From NCBI RefSeq assembly GCF_000981445.1, contig NC_027218.1, positions 186,001-250,000 of the forward strand: 64,000 bases of DNA. The letters are read 5' to 3'. The notes beneath the pieces were generated by a model. That model saw only the letters and a program-made list of their open reading frames with translations. It had not been told where the DNA came from and did no database searches. The position numbers and the translations under genes were made by a program. Shown piece by piece: positions 50,070 through 61,547 of this stretch. Within the stretch, counting starts at the first letter, position 1; every line of letters begins with the position of its first letter. The DNA is from Babesia bigemina (Eukaryota).

Positions 50070-50810
50070 AATGATACCCAGCGGGAGTCCCATGGCCCCA
50101 GCTACCTGTCATCGGAAAAGTTTTAAACATCTGCAACCTCGATAATAAGTAAATAAGGTTGATAGGTTCCCTAATTACTATAATGGTTTCAAGGATGTTA
50201 AGAACCTAATTGTTCTTAAAAAATGAATATTTAGATTTACTCCCTCAACCTGAACAGTAGTATCCTCTCATATGACCGACAACTAAAATTGACTGAAGTC
50301 TCATCGCAGGGATACCACGATCGTACTACACCGAACTCCCGACCAAGATCTAATAATAGCGTGTCTGCACGCCTGACAAAGGATCGGAAAAGTTAAGGGT
50401 TCAAACAACAGACGAGATTCAAGGCGGGGACCTATATTGAGAAACGTAGTAAACAAAGACGCTTGCAGTCAAACTGTATGGGTACTATCATGAATTATAT
50501 CAGTAGAGCTCGGCTACTGAACGGCATATAATCAGCAACAAATTTCGATAGCATGTTCGTAATGGACTGATGAGCCGCAAAAAAAAGTATTAGCTGAGCG
50601 TTGTAACCTGGCGCACAATACGAAATCAAACAAAGAGATCTAAAACAGACAATGATAGCGCATTACTTAAAAACTAGTCCACCAAGCGGTGTATCCATGT
50701 TTCGTAGTCATTTAACTTCGGTAAACCTCACAAACACAATCGAGCATTCTCTTCTACTGAAGCAGAAGATCAGATTGAACCACTTCAATGTATTAACACA
50801 TTAAAGGCAG
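50070..50810 (-). ncRNA. Candidate structured non-coding RNA or cis-acting RNA element, unidentified
   Basis: No ORF, and many complementary segments whose non-Watson-Crick pairs are G-U on the minus strand (see findings). Confidence 0.55.
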
Positions 50811-50868
50811 TTATATTACATGGCAATAGTGGATGTTTTAAAATCGGTTGTCTATCGGGATACATTGT

Positions 50869-52123
50869 TTACTTCCACAGTTTCGTGAAGCTGATATTTT
50901 TGTCAGCATCTTTCTTCATGACTTTTGCCACCGCCATGAGAAAATCTTCCTGTGTCACGTGAACCCTACGTTCTCTGAGTGCGAACATGCCTGCCTCCGT
51001 ACAAACGGCCTTAACTTCGGCTCCACTGACATTGACCATTTCTCGAGCGATCATCTCTAAGTCAATGCCCCTCACCAGATTCATTCGCCTGCTGTGGATG
51101 GCAAGAATTTGCGCCCGTGCCTCGGCGTTCGGGTTGGGGAATTCTATCTTGCGGTCTATCCTCCCAGGCCTGAGTAATGCCTCGTCCAATATATCAATGC
51201 GATTGGTGCACATGATAACCTTGATATTTTGGTAAGGCTCAAAACCGTCCAACTGGTTAAGCAATTCAAGCATTGTTCGCTGCACCTCCGAGTCGCCATG
51301 ACCGCTATCCGTCCTCTGAGATCCTATGGAATCGATCTCATCCATGAAAATAATCGACGGCGCATGCGCCCGCGCCATAACGAAAAGTTCTCTGACCATC
51401 CGACTACCCTCTCCGATGTATTTCTGAACAAGTTCTGATCCACTAACCCTTATGAATGTGCAGTCCGTGTGGTGCGCTACTGCCCTCGCCAAAAGCGTCT
51501 TCCCGGTTCCTGAACAATGTTTATGGTGCATGAGTGCGGCGCTTACCTGGCGGCCCGTATAGTAGCACCCCCTTGGGCTGCGATATGCCGAGTGATTCGA
51601 ATATTTCGGGGTGTTTTATCGGAAGTTCTATTACTTCTTTGACTTCTTTTACCTGCTGCTCTAAGCCTCCCACCATCTCGTAGGTGGAATCTGGAACCTT
51701 CTCTACTTTCATTAGCGCAACCAATGGGTCAACCTTGGTCGGGAGTATCTTGTGTAATTTGTAAGAATCGCTCATGAGAGCGACGCGTGTGCTCGGTGTG
51801 CACTTGGAAATGTCAATGTCCTTGCTGACATCAACAACATATTTTCCCTCGAGACTAATTTTGACGAGCACTTTATCCTGGCACATTTGCTTGACTACCT
51901 CACCCACGAAGCTTCCAGATTCGAGGAGACCATGAAGTTCATCCTTAAGTTCTCTCACTTTTGCATTTAGCTCGTTCCTCTGCGCAACTAGCCTACGCCG
52001 AGTCTGTTCCTTCCGGTGGAGAAGCGCTTCACAATCCTCAATACGATACCGATAATAATGTATAAGCCCATTTTCAGCCTCATGGCTTTGAATATCATCA
52101 CTTTGAACCCCTGTAGCGGCCAT
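50869..52123 (-). CDS. RPT6: 26S proteasome AAA-ATPase Rpt6 (PSMC5); intron 51510-51546
   Basis: [46 protein letters not shown] and C-terminal KLWK. Confidence 0.97.
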
Positions 52124-54320
52124 GTTGCTAAAGGGTATTATTTTCTTGCCAAAAACACACAATAGAACACTATATAGGGCGCTCCGTTCGGTTGTTGCAC
52201 TGACGAATAGGATTAGCAATCTGCATGACTTTTAGTGAACTATCTGCCACCAAACGACAACATACACAGCACACCTCCCTCTGTTTGCTTCGCTGTGCTT
52301 TGGATGGTAAGACAGCCACAGAAAACAGGCGTTTACACAAAATAAACCACCACGAAGTATTTGTTGTTTAAAATCTGTATCAAATAAGCAGTGTTACGCC
52401 CATCGTTCCAATGGCCTTATAGCGCGCTGTTATCGTAACATATATGTACTTTTGTTACATCCATATCAAGACAGCACGACAAATGTAGGAACAAGACCGC
52501 ACATATAAACAAATGGTGGATAAATTGGTCTACTGTGCGATTATCCGTTGATGTGTAGGAGGAAGATTGCTTATGTCCCCATTTGGTTCCGCGGTGTTGC
52601 ATCAAGGACTCCCTCGACACGTTCGTGGATTCTTCCTATGAGACGTCTTAATTCTTATATTTGTTTCTTAGATTGCACATGGTTTAGTGCGACGGGTGTG
52701 TCATTTCGGTCTAACAGATGCGACTCTGTCTCCCTCAAGTTGAAGTGTATAACAGGGCTATTTTTGGCAGTAGTCATATCAATCTGTCAATCCAGGGGTT
52801 ATTCGTATTTGTCTGTGAAAGATGCGCAAACCCTGTTGTCTTCAAGCAAAGACATTTTCATCAAACGAACTGCCTCTTTGGTAGCGTCCACTGCTCTTAC
52901 TGCTACTAGGAAGTGGAGATTCTCAAGTTGAATAATTCATGCCTATCAAACGTGAACCATTGCGGCATGTTTAATCCTATTTCCAACACGTCAGACTTCC
53001 CGAATGGTTAGGTAGTCCTTTTGGCAACCCTGTTATGTCATCGGCACATATGCCTTGCTTCTACGCAATATGTTTGCTAGAGCGCTTCATAACGTATTGT
53101 GATGCGTTGCGTTTCATCAGATGGCAATCGTGATGGAGCGTGGCAGGGCCTTAGTTGCAATGCATATATAAGCTCAAGTCCGGTTGTTTGTTACACTGAG
53201 AGAGGTTAGTGCCCAGATAGGGAGTTAAATAAGGACGCAATTGTGTAAACCTGATCGTAGCTTGCAATGTTTTCGGCCTTTTCTCTGGCAATTGTGCTCG
53301 TCTGCCTGGTCACGTTCATCGGATGCCCACAGGTAGCATTGGTTCAAAAGATATACCACAGCTAAATATTCCTCCAAATTACAGTCAAATGGTATGTAGA
53401 ATGAGTTAAATAACATCATCCGTGTTTATACTATCGTAAAACGTACAATTCTCATAAAACAACTCATCTATCTGACGAAACTAATTTTCATGTTGCTTTT
53501 CGCTACTATAATCCCAAACCGTTGAACCCGAATGCCATAGGCACACTGTTTATTCATCCAACAATCTAAAAAAAACTAGCATACGCGGTTGTCAACTAAA
53601 CTGGGATGAATTTAATCTGTCGTATCGTTACGTTGTATATTTTGTGGATTATATACCCTTGTATTCTCTAATGAGGTAAATTGCGTAATATACGGGTATA
53701 CCATCTGGATTAAGCGTTCATAGGAGTGTAATCATGCGTGGCATATATAGTACAGTTTAGATTTCGCGGCCTCCATCTAGCATTGACATTAGCTAGTTCC
53801 ATCAACCACATGCCTCAGTCCACCTTAACATAGTTGGATGCACATTTGGTCACGCTGTTCGTAATCCATCTACATACCACAATCTACCATGAATAACACT
53901 AGCGATGTATTTCAGTGCCGTTGAAACCTGATTAACACATCTACCTAATCAGCGCAATACGTTATTTAATGAAGAGGACATTAGAACTCGCACCCACGCT
54001 ATATATATGACATCAAAGCACACATAGAGAATATCGGAGATAATATCTCTGTAAGTCTGATGCGATTGGGATCCAGTGAGATGTCAAGGTTTTTCGTACA
54101 GCCAGACTCCTAGCATTCACTGAAATAACGCACAGGCAGATCAAGTCAGACGGACAATCACTCCATGCCAATCATAAAGCCGCCTGCTTGCGTGCTTTTA
54201 TGTAAATTTGCATAAGGAATTTAAACGAGCAGTGTCTGCCCGCCGCACTACACGTGCTAATTAAAATCACTGACACCACACATTGTACTTGGAATCCATT
54301 TTCCAAACAGAACAGGAAAT

Positions 54321-55256
54321 ATGAGTGAGAAGAGACGAAATACAACTGGTAATGGCCGCCCGCCAGCTTGGAAGGTTGGCTTATGTCTACGGTGTAATAT
54401 CGTTTGCAGCGTAGAAACCACGATACCGGAAAGCTGACGATAGGGTCTCGCGGTCTGTTGATAACAAATGCAGTATCACGAAAGCACAAAGAAGCCATGC
54501 AGGAATGTCTAACCATATTGCGTGAGGTGTGTGTGTATTTGGGTATTACGACATTTGCAGCATTGCGAGAGCGTGGATCCGTCTTTCGGCGATGTAAACG
54601 ACAAACAAGACGCTTCATCGGATGCTGTTAATGTAGAAGACGCTATAAAAGCGGAGTTGGAACAAAACAAAAGATTCTTCGATCGCTTCGTTCCCGGCCC
54701 CTGCCTATCGCAAAACTTGAATGTCGTGCATTTCAGGAACGAAAATGACGTTCCTTCTACATATGTGCGAGACATATTCCATTCCATGTTGCATGAACGT
54801 ACGTATAAGCCGCGATTCCTGTGCCGGATAGTACCTTATGACGTCGTTTGCAAGGCCGAGGGTGAACCCTTTACAAAGACTCTAACAGCGCTAGTAGCAC
54901 GCGAATTTCCACTCTCACAAGCTAACGGTATTTCGGAGAAAGGTATGTTACACATTGAATGCTTAATTACGTCTAACAGACGATGGAAGTGAGCCTTCCA
55001 CATGGTCCCTCAGCTATGCGTGCCGCAACTCAAATGCCATAAAAAGACAGGATGTGCTGGAGCTGGCAGTGCAGTTAGTCGGTAGAAACTATCGCGTAGA
55101 CCTTCGCGAACCGGATAAATTGATAGTTGTCGAGGTTGTTAAGGTAGGTGTGCGGATCATACACCATAAAAGGCGCAGGGTTACTGCGGTTTGGCCGTAA
55201 TATCAAACTACAAACCCATAGCTCATTTCAAACTCAACATATCACGTGTAAATTAA
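54321..55256 (+). CDS. THUMP domain protein (THUMPD1/Tan1-like), multi-exon
   Basis: [64 protein letters not shown]. Confidence 0.85.
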
Positions 55257-55320
55257 TGTGGCGTTTGGCGTAGCAGCTTGCACCTATTTCGCGTCTTCGC
55301 GGCGCGTCTCTACCGTACAA

Positions 55321-56911
55321 ATGGTGTTAGAGGATTCCACGCACGCGGAGGTATGTTTTATGTTTCTGTTGTAACATACGCCAGACTCCGATTGACCTTG
55401 TGATTCCGGTGGAAGGCGCCTGGTTGGAACATGAGGGTGAGGGAGACGGCGCTTGGTACATCCACGAAGGATCGCAGTGGATGTACAACTCACGTGAAGA
55501 TATATATTTCCATGTCGATTCGGAGACTGTAGTTTCATCTGGGGGAAAGCCTCCCATGAATCTTGTTTCTGCCACCTCAGCTGAAGAAAGGACGGATGCA
55601 GAGAGATATGAAGATTCCTCAGTTGACAAGGCAGGCGCGCTTAGCGCTAACGCCGACCCCGATGTCACTGAAGACGTTGAAGATAGGGACATATCAATAG
55701 ATTTCGAGAACGATCTTATTGCTGCAACTGTATGTCGTGAGGTGAGTATGTCGGCCTCTTTAATAACCAATTCCTAGGGTCGATCCGATCGCAAAGAAGG
55801 GCGTGAGGATTACTATGTGACGAGAGAATGTATGGCAATACATTTGGTAAGCCGTTCAGAGGCTTTGTGTTACTACAGCGGCGTCTTTGATGGCCACTGT
55901 GGATACAAGTATGTTTATATCTTTACCGAGTAACCTGTATGGCAGGTGTGCGGAATATCTAACCAAGCACCTGAAAAACAATATTTTGAGTGTATATCGC
56001 CAGGCAGTGCGTTCGCTTAAATCAAAAGTTTTACAAAAACATCCCCGTCCGATTGAATCTCTGGAGGTGCGTGCGCTGTTGCAGGGTTGCACTAAGGGTT
56101 TCGAGATGACCGACAACAACTTCTGCAATGTCGCCAAGCAGTACAACATATCAGATGGCTCCACCGCCACCATATCATTGATATATGGGCCTGACGTAGA
56201 TGGATGTCTGAAGTTGATCACCGCGCATACGGGTGACTCGAGGGCAATATTGTGCAGCATGGCCGATGATTCCCGATGTTTCGCTCAGGCCATGACCAAC
56301 GACCACAAGCCTAACGACGACAAAGAACGAAAGTATATCGAAAAAAACGGAGGCACAGTGGAGTTTGCTCAAGGCACGTGGAGATGTGTTGTCAGGTCGC
56401 GTGATGGAAGGCCATCTTGCGCCCTTGCTACCTCCCGGGCGATTGGAGATTACCCGTTGAAGTATCCGAATCGTATCGTCTCATCCGAACCAGATGTTTC
56501 TGTTTACACTATAAACTTCGACAGCGACCTATTTTTGGTACTAGTGACGGACGGCATTACAGCTGTTCTGACGAATCAGGTATGTAAGTTGAATCAATGT
56601 TGTAACGTTTGTCTAGGAAATCATTGATATCGTATGCGAGGCTATAGATGACGAATGCACTGCCGAGGCAGCAGCAGAAAGAGTCGTTCTAACCGCTGAA
56701 AATTGTGGTTCTTTCGACGACAAGACGTGTACAGTTATATACTTCGGTTGGCACAAGGACCTGTTTGACAAATGCGTACGTGACAGGAAGGAAGACTCTC
56801 ACCGTGAGGTAATTTATGAATTATTATATCCACAAGTTTCAGGTATTAACGACGGGCGAATCGGAGCAGGAGTGCGGAGGAACAGAAAATGTCGACATGT
56901 TCCGCTCGTGA
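55321..56911 (+). CDS. PPM/PP2C protein phosphatase with N-terminal aromatic-repeat (OCRE-like) segment, multi-exon
   Basis: EDYY, GVFDGHCG, DGSTA, AHTGDSRA, DHKP, LATSRAIGD, LVTDGI and GSFDDKT. Confidence 0.92.
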
Positions 56912-57057
56912 GGTGTGTGCCTTCTTAATAGCCAACTGGGGGCTCACCTCTGTATAACGGTATATTTAATGTGGTTTTTACATAAATTTTAATATTCAAT
57001 GTGAATACTGGTGGTACGGAACGAAATAACGATATTCTATCTTACGACAACAGCAGT

Positions 57058-60000
57058 ATGGGCCGTTCCGTGGAGCCCGGCGCTGTTGCAAATAAAAGGC
57101 GGAGAACGTCGGATACGGCTCAAAATATTAATGATGATAATGTTGCGGTGTCTGTGAACCGAGATTCCATATCGGATCAGGAGGTAACACCGGTCAATCG
57201 CGCACCGAAGGCCAGCCCCGATTCCGACGCGCGTGGAGATTCCGGTGACCGTCTATTTGACCTTGTACGCAATGTGGCAAACGGGGTACTGCCATCTTCA
57301 TCTGCAGCAGAAGGTTTGCGGAAGAAATTCCCGGATGCCGCCCCTAACTCACCTGTGTCTTTTCGCATTCTGGACTGTATCGGATACCTGCTAGAGTACT
57401 CGAATTTTCGCCACAATCTGGAGGCATTTCTCGCATCACTTGAGAGCGTTGGTCTCCTCACAGCGCGTTCAATCGTTGCCGCCATAGACGCCTATAAGTT
57501 AGATGGTTGTGGATACTCTGCAGGATTGACGACAATAGCAATTCGAGAGCGCACTCGCAACCAATTCGTATTGAAGTCGTACGCGTTATGGCGTGAGTGC
57601 ACAGTTGGATTTGATCTTTTGCAGCAACTCCTGTACCATCAGGAATGGGATGCTGGGGACTTACTAGAGATGGGCCAATTGCGCGATTCGGTGAAGTACA
57701 TCGCAGGACAGTATTCATTATGCCCAACTCGCGTGTTGTACGAGCTGATTGCGTGGTCCTCGTGGCATGATGGGGACGGCTTGATGTTGCTTCTGCAACA
57801 GTACCCGAAAGGTCGCGTAGACGAGGTGGTGCGGCTCATGCTCACGCAGAAATGCATGCTAAAGCAGGAGTACCAAACAGTGAAAAAGCAGTATTGGAGA
57901 ATTCCTAGTACGTTGGGACTGTACTTTCCCAAGTTGTGCGCTCGTTTGCTAGCGGAAGGTATTTTGGATCTAAGTACTTTGTACCCTTACCTGGAGCCTG
58001 CCGACGCCGATCTGTCTAACTTAGGCTTTCACTTCTTATCTGTTTCAAAGCGCATGCCTAACAAGTTGGATCGAAACGAAACGCCAGTAACCTATTTGAT
58101 ACCGCTAGCAAATTGCAGCTATGGCGACAACGCACCACGCCAAATGTTGGACATGGCATCTGCCGAGAAACTATACACATCTGTCACGTTGGATTCCACT
58201 ACCATAACCAGTGCCCGTGAACTGATACACGCCCGCCATGCGAAAGTTATGGAACACCTTAGGGCATCGTCTACAGCTGCAACTTCACCGAACAGCTTCG
58301 GAATGGCAGCGTGGAATCCATCCGACAGATTCCGCCGTAATGAGTCCGTAAGTAGCGTTACATCGTCCAGTGGTGTATCGAACTTATTACACAAAGCAGA
58401 ACACAGGCATTCCGCAACGGGAAACATTGACGTCGTGAAGTACAATTTGCTTGATTCAGACGGATATGCCTACGTGAAAGACCATATATTCGCCTTGGAA
58501 TGTGATAAATTGTCAGTGTTGTCGCACCTATTTGATATAGCGCGAGACCTTGAATCTCCTGCTTGGATTTTGGGAAAACTGATGTTGGATCATATTCAGG
58601 TGACTGCTAAATTCCCCGTAGTGCTGCATGGCAGCATTTGTAAGGCTATGTGCAACCTAATATTGCGTTTAATCAAGAAACACACAAAGACAAATGATTG
58701 GCGTCGCGGTATAGACCAAATTGACAGGGTCCTAAGGATACTTGGGCCCGGATTGCATATAAACCTTGTATGTTTTTCTGCAACAATAAAATTCCTGCAA
58801 AATTGTATAGAAAAGCATATTGATCGCGTTTGTAGAATTGTTTGGAGGTATTTGTTACCAGCACTATGTATGGTGGTAGAGGGCAACTGCCAAGTTGCCG
58901 ACAGGCTGTGGAACCTTTTATCCAACATACCGGCTTCTAAGCGTTATAGGATATACAATCTATACCTTTCTAGGGTATTGGATTCTAGGTCAACTACGGT
59001 CGATGCCTGGGCGTGTATGGTTAGGGCATCGTATAATTGCGCTCTGGTAAAGACGAGGTCCATTTTCAAACGCGTGACCGCTACGATGCTAAAGACCACA
59101 AAAAGCGCATCTGTGCGTGGCAATGTATCGACTGTTTGCGGGTTGTCTGCGGTAGATCCTTTTGCCGTAGCTCACACGATTGTATCGCAGTGCGAAATGT
59201 TCGAGAATCTTGTGCTTCCACTCTCTGAGGTTGGTAAGTACTTTGGACATCTGGCATGTGATGTATTCTTCTTCAAGTTGACCGCAAACCAGAACCAGGT
59301 ATGTTTCAGATGCACCGCCGAGGTGGACGACGTGGGGCGCAGTAAGAGATTGTTGGTGAACGCTCAATTGGCTTCTCGTTTCTTTCGACGCCATATGGAT
59401 GTGGATTTAGCACCCTTACTTGTGGGTGCGTTGACAATCATACAGCGCAGCATGATGATCAATCAGTTTGACATCGTTCCTAGGTCCTCTGAAGAGGGAG
59501 GCGATATTCCAATGGAGTTCTCAAAACGTTCTATAAAACTTAAGCCTATAGATACGGGATCGCGCCTTGCATACCCGCATGAACTTTCCAACGGTTGGCT
59601 TGCGTTGGAATATGTAAGCAAACTTTTGGAATTGGTGGGCGGTGTACCGCAACTCGCTGAAGCCCATGCATTAACCATCGACCAACTGAATGCACAGGGT
59701 GGTGGTGTGTTTTTGCGTAGTGAGATTATGACGCAAGATCCGGATGACGAAACGTGTGGTATGTCATCGCGTGAGAATTTAGCGAAGATCATGTTAAGAC
59801 CATTCTTTTCCCATTCCTTACTCTTCCTGTGTGGCAAAATGCGCCAAGAGGTCATGTACGATTCTGAGTTCCGTGCTGGCGTAGTATATCTTTGCGCCAC
59901 TGTGGACCACCTGCAGAAGATGGCGCTACAGTTTGTTGAGTTTAGAGAAGCAGTGGACATAATCGTTAACCGTGGGTTGGGTTCGGAGTCTTTCACCCTG

Positions 60001-61086
60001 CAATTCAGCTTCCCATCATTTGATGAACTGCGTCGCTTTTGGGATGAAGCTAACGCACTCTATTTCTCACATAGCTGTACCAATCCGCCAGCTTCACATT
60101 CCAGCGCTCTATCGCATACGGCTTTCAAGCCCCAGTTTCTGGAATTTGTCAACAACATTCATCTACGTGACATTTGGGTGCCTATAGAACAGTATCAGAA
60201 GACCTTACAAAGGCTGGAAGGTTGGATAAAGGACATTGGATCGGCTCACTCTAGCGGGTCGCACCGCCGCCTTAAGAAGCTCAGGTCGCGTTACCAGGCT
60301 TTGGAACGTGAGGTAAAACAGCAAGAAGAACATGTTGCAAACACTAAATTGCGATTTGAAGAGGCCATATCATCAGGCTGGCTCACTGCTGAAGCACAGA
60401 TAGGCCCAGGCGTCACCATTGCATTTTTGAAGCATTGCATTGTGCCACGTGTATTCGTAAACGAAGCTGAGGCTGCTTTTTGCGGCCGTCTGGTCGATCT
60501 GATGCTTCATTATCGTTTGGAATGCTTCAACTTCTTCGATTTCAGTAATTGTTGGACAAAAATGCTTATGTCTATGGTACGGTGCTGCACCGAGAGGGAA
60601 GCTCCTTTGCTGGCTATATTCGTGAACCACATGTTCGGCGTTATTCGGGAGTGGAGTAGCAATGCGGAACTCTTCGAAGGCATGACACAGGGTCACCCGT
60701 GTTTCTGCACGACTTTCAAGTATGTCCCTGACAAGGCATTGACGCACCAACAGCTATTGGGTGGTATTCGTAAGTGGGAAGGACGTATAATACGCGCTCT
60801 GAGCTATGCATTGACGCTACACATACCTGAGTCTGATGGTGGTTTGTCCAAATCTGATAGCTTGGTATCCGCACCAACGTGGATTGACCAAAAGGGAGCC
60901 GTAGTCTTCCTAGCGCGCTGCCACGAGAGTTTCCCCATTACGTGTACAGCAGGAAAACGTGTGCTAACGGGTTTGAGATGTGTTGTTGAGAGTGCACAGA
61001 GACAAGGATGGAAAGATGTTGTGGCTGCCGCGAGCACACTATTGAAAACGTTCGAGAAGTACGAAAGAACCAACAAGTGGCTGTAG
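57058..61086 (+). CDS. THOC2: THO complex subunit 2
   Basis: RTRNQF..YALWREC..GF, GQYSLCPTRVL, DLSTLYPYLEPAD, DIWVP..QY, FLKHCIVPRVF..EAAFC and CCTEREA. Confidence 0.88.
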   Translation: MGRSVEPGAVANKRRRTSDTAQNINDDNVAVSVNRDSISDQEVTPVNRAPKASPDSDARGDSGDRLFDLVRNVANGVLPSSSAAEGLRKKFPDAAPNSPVSFRILDCIGYLLEYSNFRHNLEAFLASLESVGLLTARSIVAAIDAYKLDGCGYSAGLTTIAIRERTRNQFVLKSYALWRECTVGFDLLQQLLYHQEWDAGDLLEMGQLRDSVKYIAGQYSLCPTRVLYELIAWSSWHDGDGLMLLLQQYPKGRVDEVVRLMLTQKCMLKQEYQTVKKQYWRIPSTLGLYFPKLCARLLAEGILDLSTLYPYLEPADADLSNLGFHFLSVSKRMPNKLDRNETPVTYLIPLANCSYGDNAPRQMLDMASAEKLYTSVTLDSTTITSARELIHARHAKVMEHLRASSTAATSPNSFGMAAWNPSDRFRRNESVSSVTSSSGVSNLLHKAEHRHSATGNIDVVKYNLLDSDGYAYVKDHIFALECDKLSVLSHLFDIARDLESPAWILGKLMLDHIQVTAKFPVVLHGSICKAMCNLILRLIKKHTKTNDWRRGIDQIDRVLRILGPGLHINLVCFSATIKFLQNCIEKHIDRVCRIVWRYLLPALCMVVEGNCQVADRLWNLLSNIPASKRYRIYNLYLSRVLDSRSTTVDAWACMVRASYNCALVKTRSIFKRVTATMLKTTKSASVRGNVSTVCGLSAVDPFAVAHTIVSQCEMFENLVLPLSEVGKYFGHLACDVFFFKLTANQNQVCFRCTAEVDDVGRSKRLLVNAQLASRFFRRHMDVDLAPLLVGALTIIQRSMMINQFDIVPRSSEEGGDIPMEFSKRSIKLKPIDTGSRLAYPHELSNGWLALEYVSKLLELVGGVPQLAEAHALTIDQLNAQGGGVFLRSEIMTQDPDDETCGMSSRENLAKIMLRPFFSHSLLFLCGKMRQEVMYDSEFRAGVVYLCATVDHLQKMALQFVEFREAVDIIVNRGLGSESFTLQFSFPSFDELRRFWDEANALYFSHSCTNPPASHSSALSHTAFKPQFLEFVNNIHLRDIWVPIEQYQKTLQRLEGWIKDIGSAHSSGSHRRLKKLRSRYQALEREVKQQEEHVANTKLRFEEAISSGWLTAEAQIGPGVTIAFLKHCIVPRVFVNEAEAAFCGRLVDLMLHYRLECFNFFDFSNCWTKMLMSMVRCCTEREAPLLAIFVNHMFGVIREWSSNAELFEGMTQGHPCFCTTFKYVPDKALTHQQLLGGIRKWEGRIIRALSYALTLHIPESDGGLSKSDSLVSAPTWIDQKGAVVFLARCHESFPITCTAGKRVLTGLRCVVESAQRQGWKDVVAAASTLLKTFEKYERTNKWL

Positions 61087-61547
61087 TGCGTTGTTTAGGC
61101 ACGCACACTTCACCCGATTCTATCCCGCTATGGAACAGGCCTATCGCAAACGAATAGATGTAAGGTGTTATACGGAAACATCTGATCGGTAGTTCACTAG
61201 CAAATGTTACGGTTCCATCGCTAAAGTAGCTACTATACAACAATTGGACACCATATCCAGCATGGTCACTTGTTGACTAGTAATGGCGCCGTTCCCTCCC
61301 GTGCCATTGTGATACGTTAGAACCTGCGCGCACCGCAGCACGATCGAGTTAACCTTACTATAATATATTGTGGTACGTCACCGCACGATGTGTCATAGTT
61401 TCGTTAAGTGCATTGCCTCGTTAAACACAAATTGCAGTTCTACCACATTCAAATCATAGGAAACAGAATATAATATTTCCTCCTTCATTAAGCATTATGC
61501 TCTTTAGTTTATTCACCGCAAGTGCGTACTGTAGGTCGACCATGCAG

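Noticed and set aside
50183..50232. snR30/U17 m1/m2-like motifs (AUAUUC, AAACCAU) on the minus strand
   Set aside because: m1 is imperfect and there is no correctly spaced ACA box.
50093..50435. RNase MRP identity from GGUCCCC/GGGGCC (P4-like)
   Set aside because: Lacks GAAAG before CR-I and the ACnnnA spacing of CR-V. Not assigned without a covariance-model search.
50567..50625. Hammerhead ribozyme core CTGATGAG..CGAAA
   Set aside because: Stem II does not form (GCCGC versus AATAC) and stems I and III are not evident.
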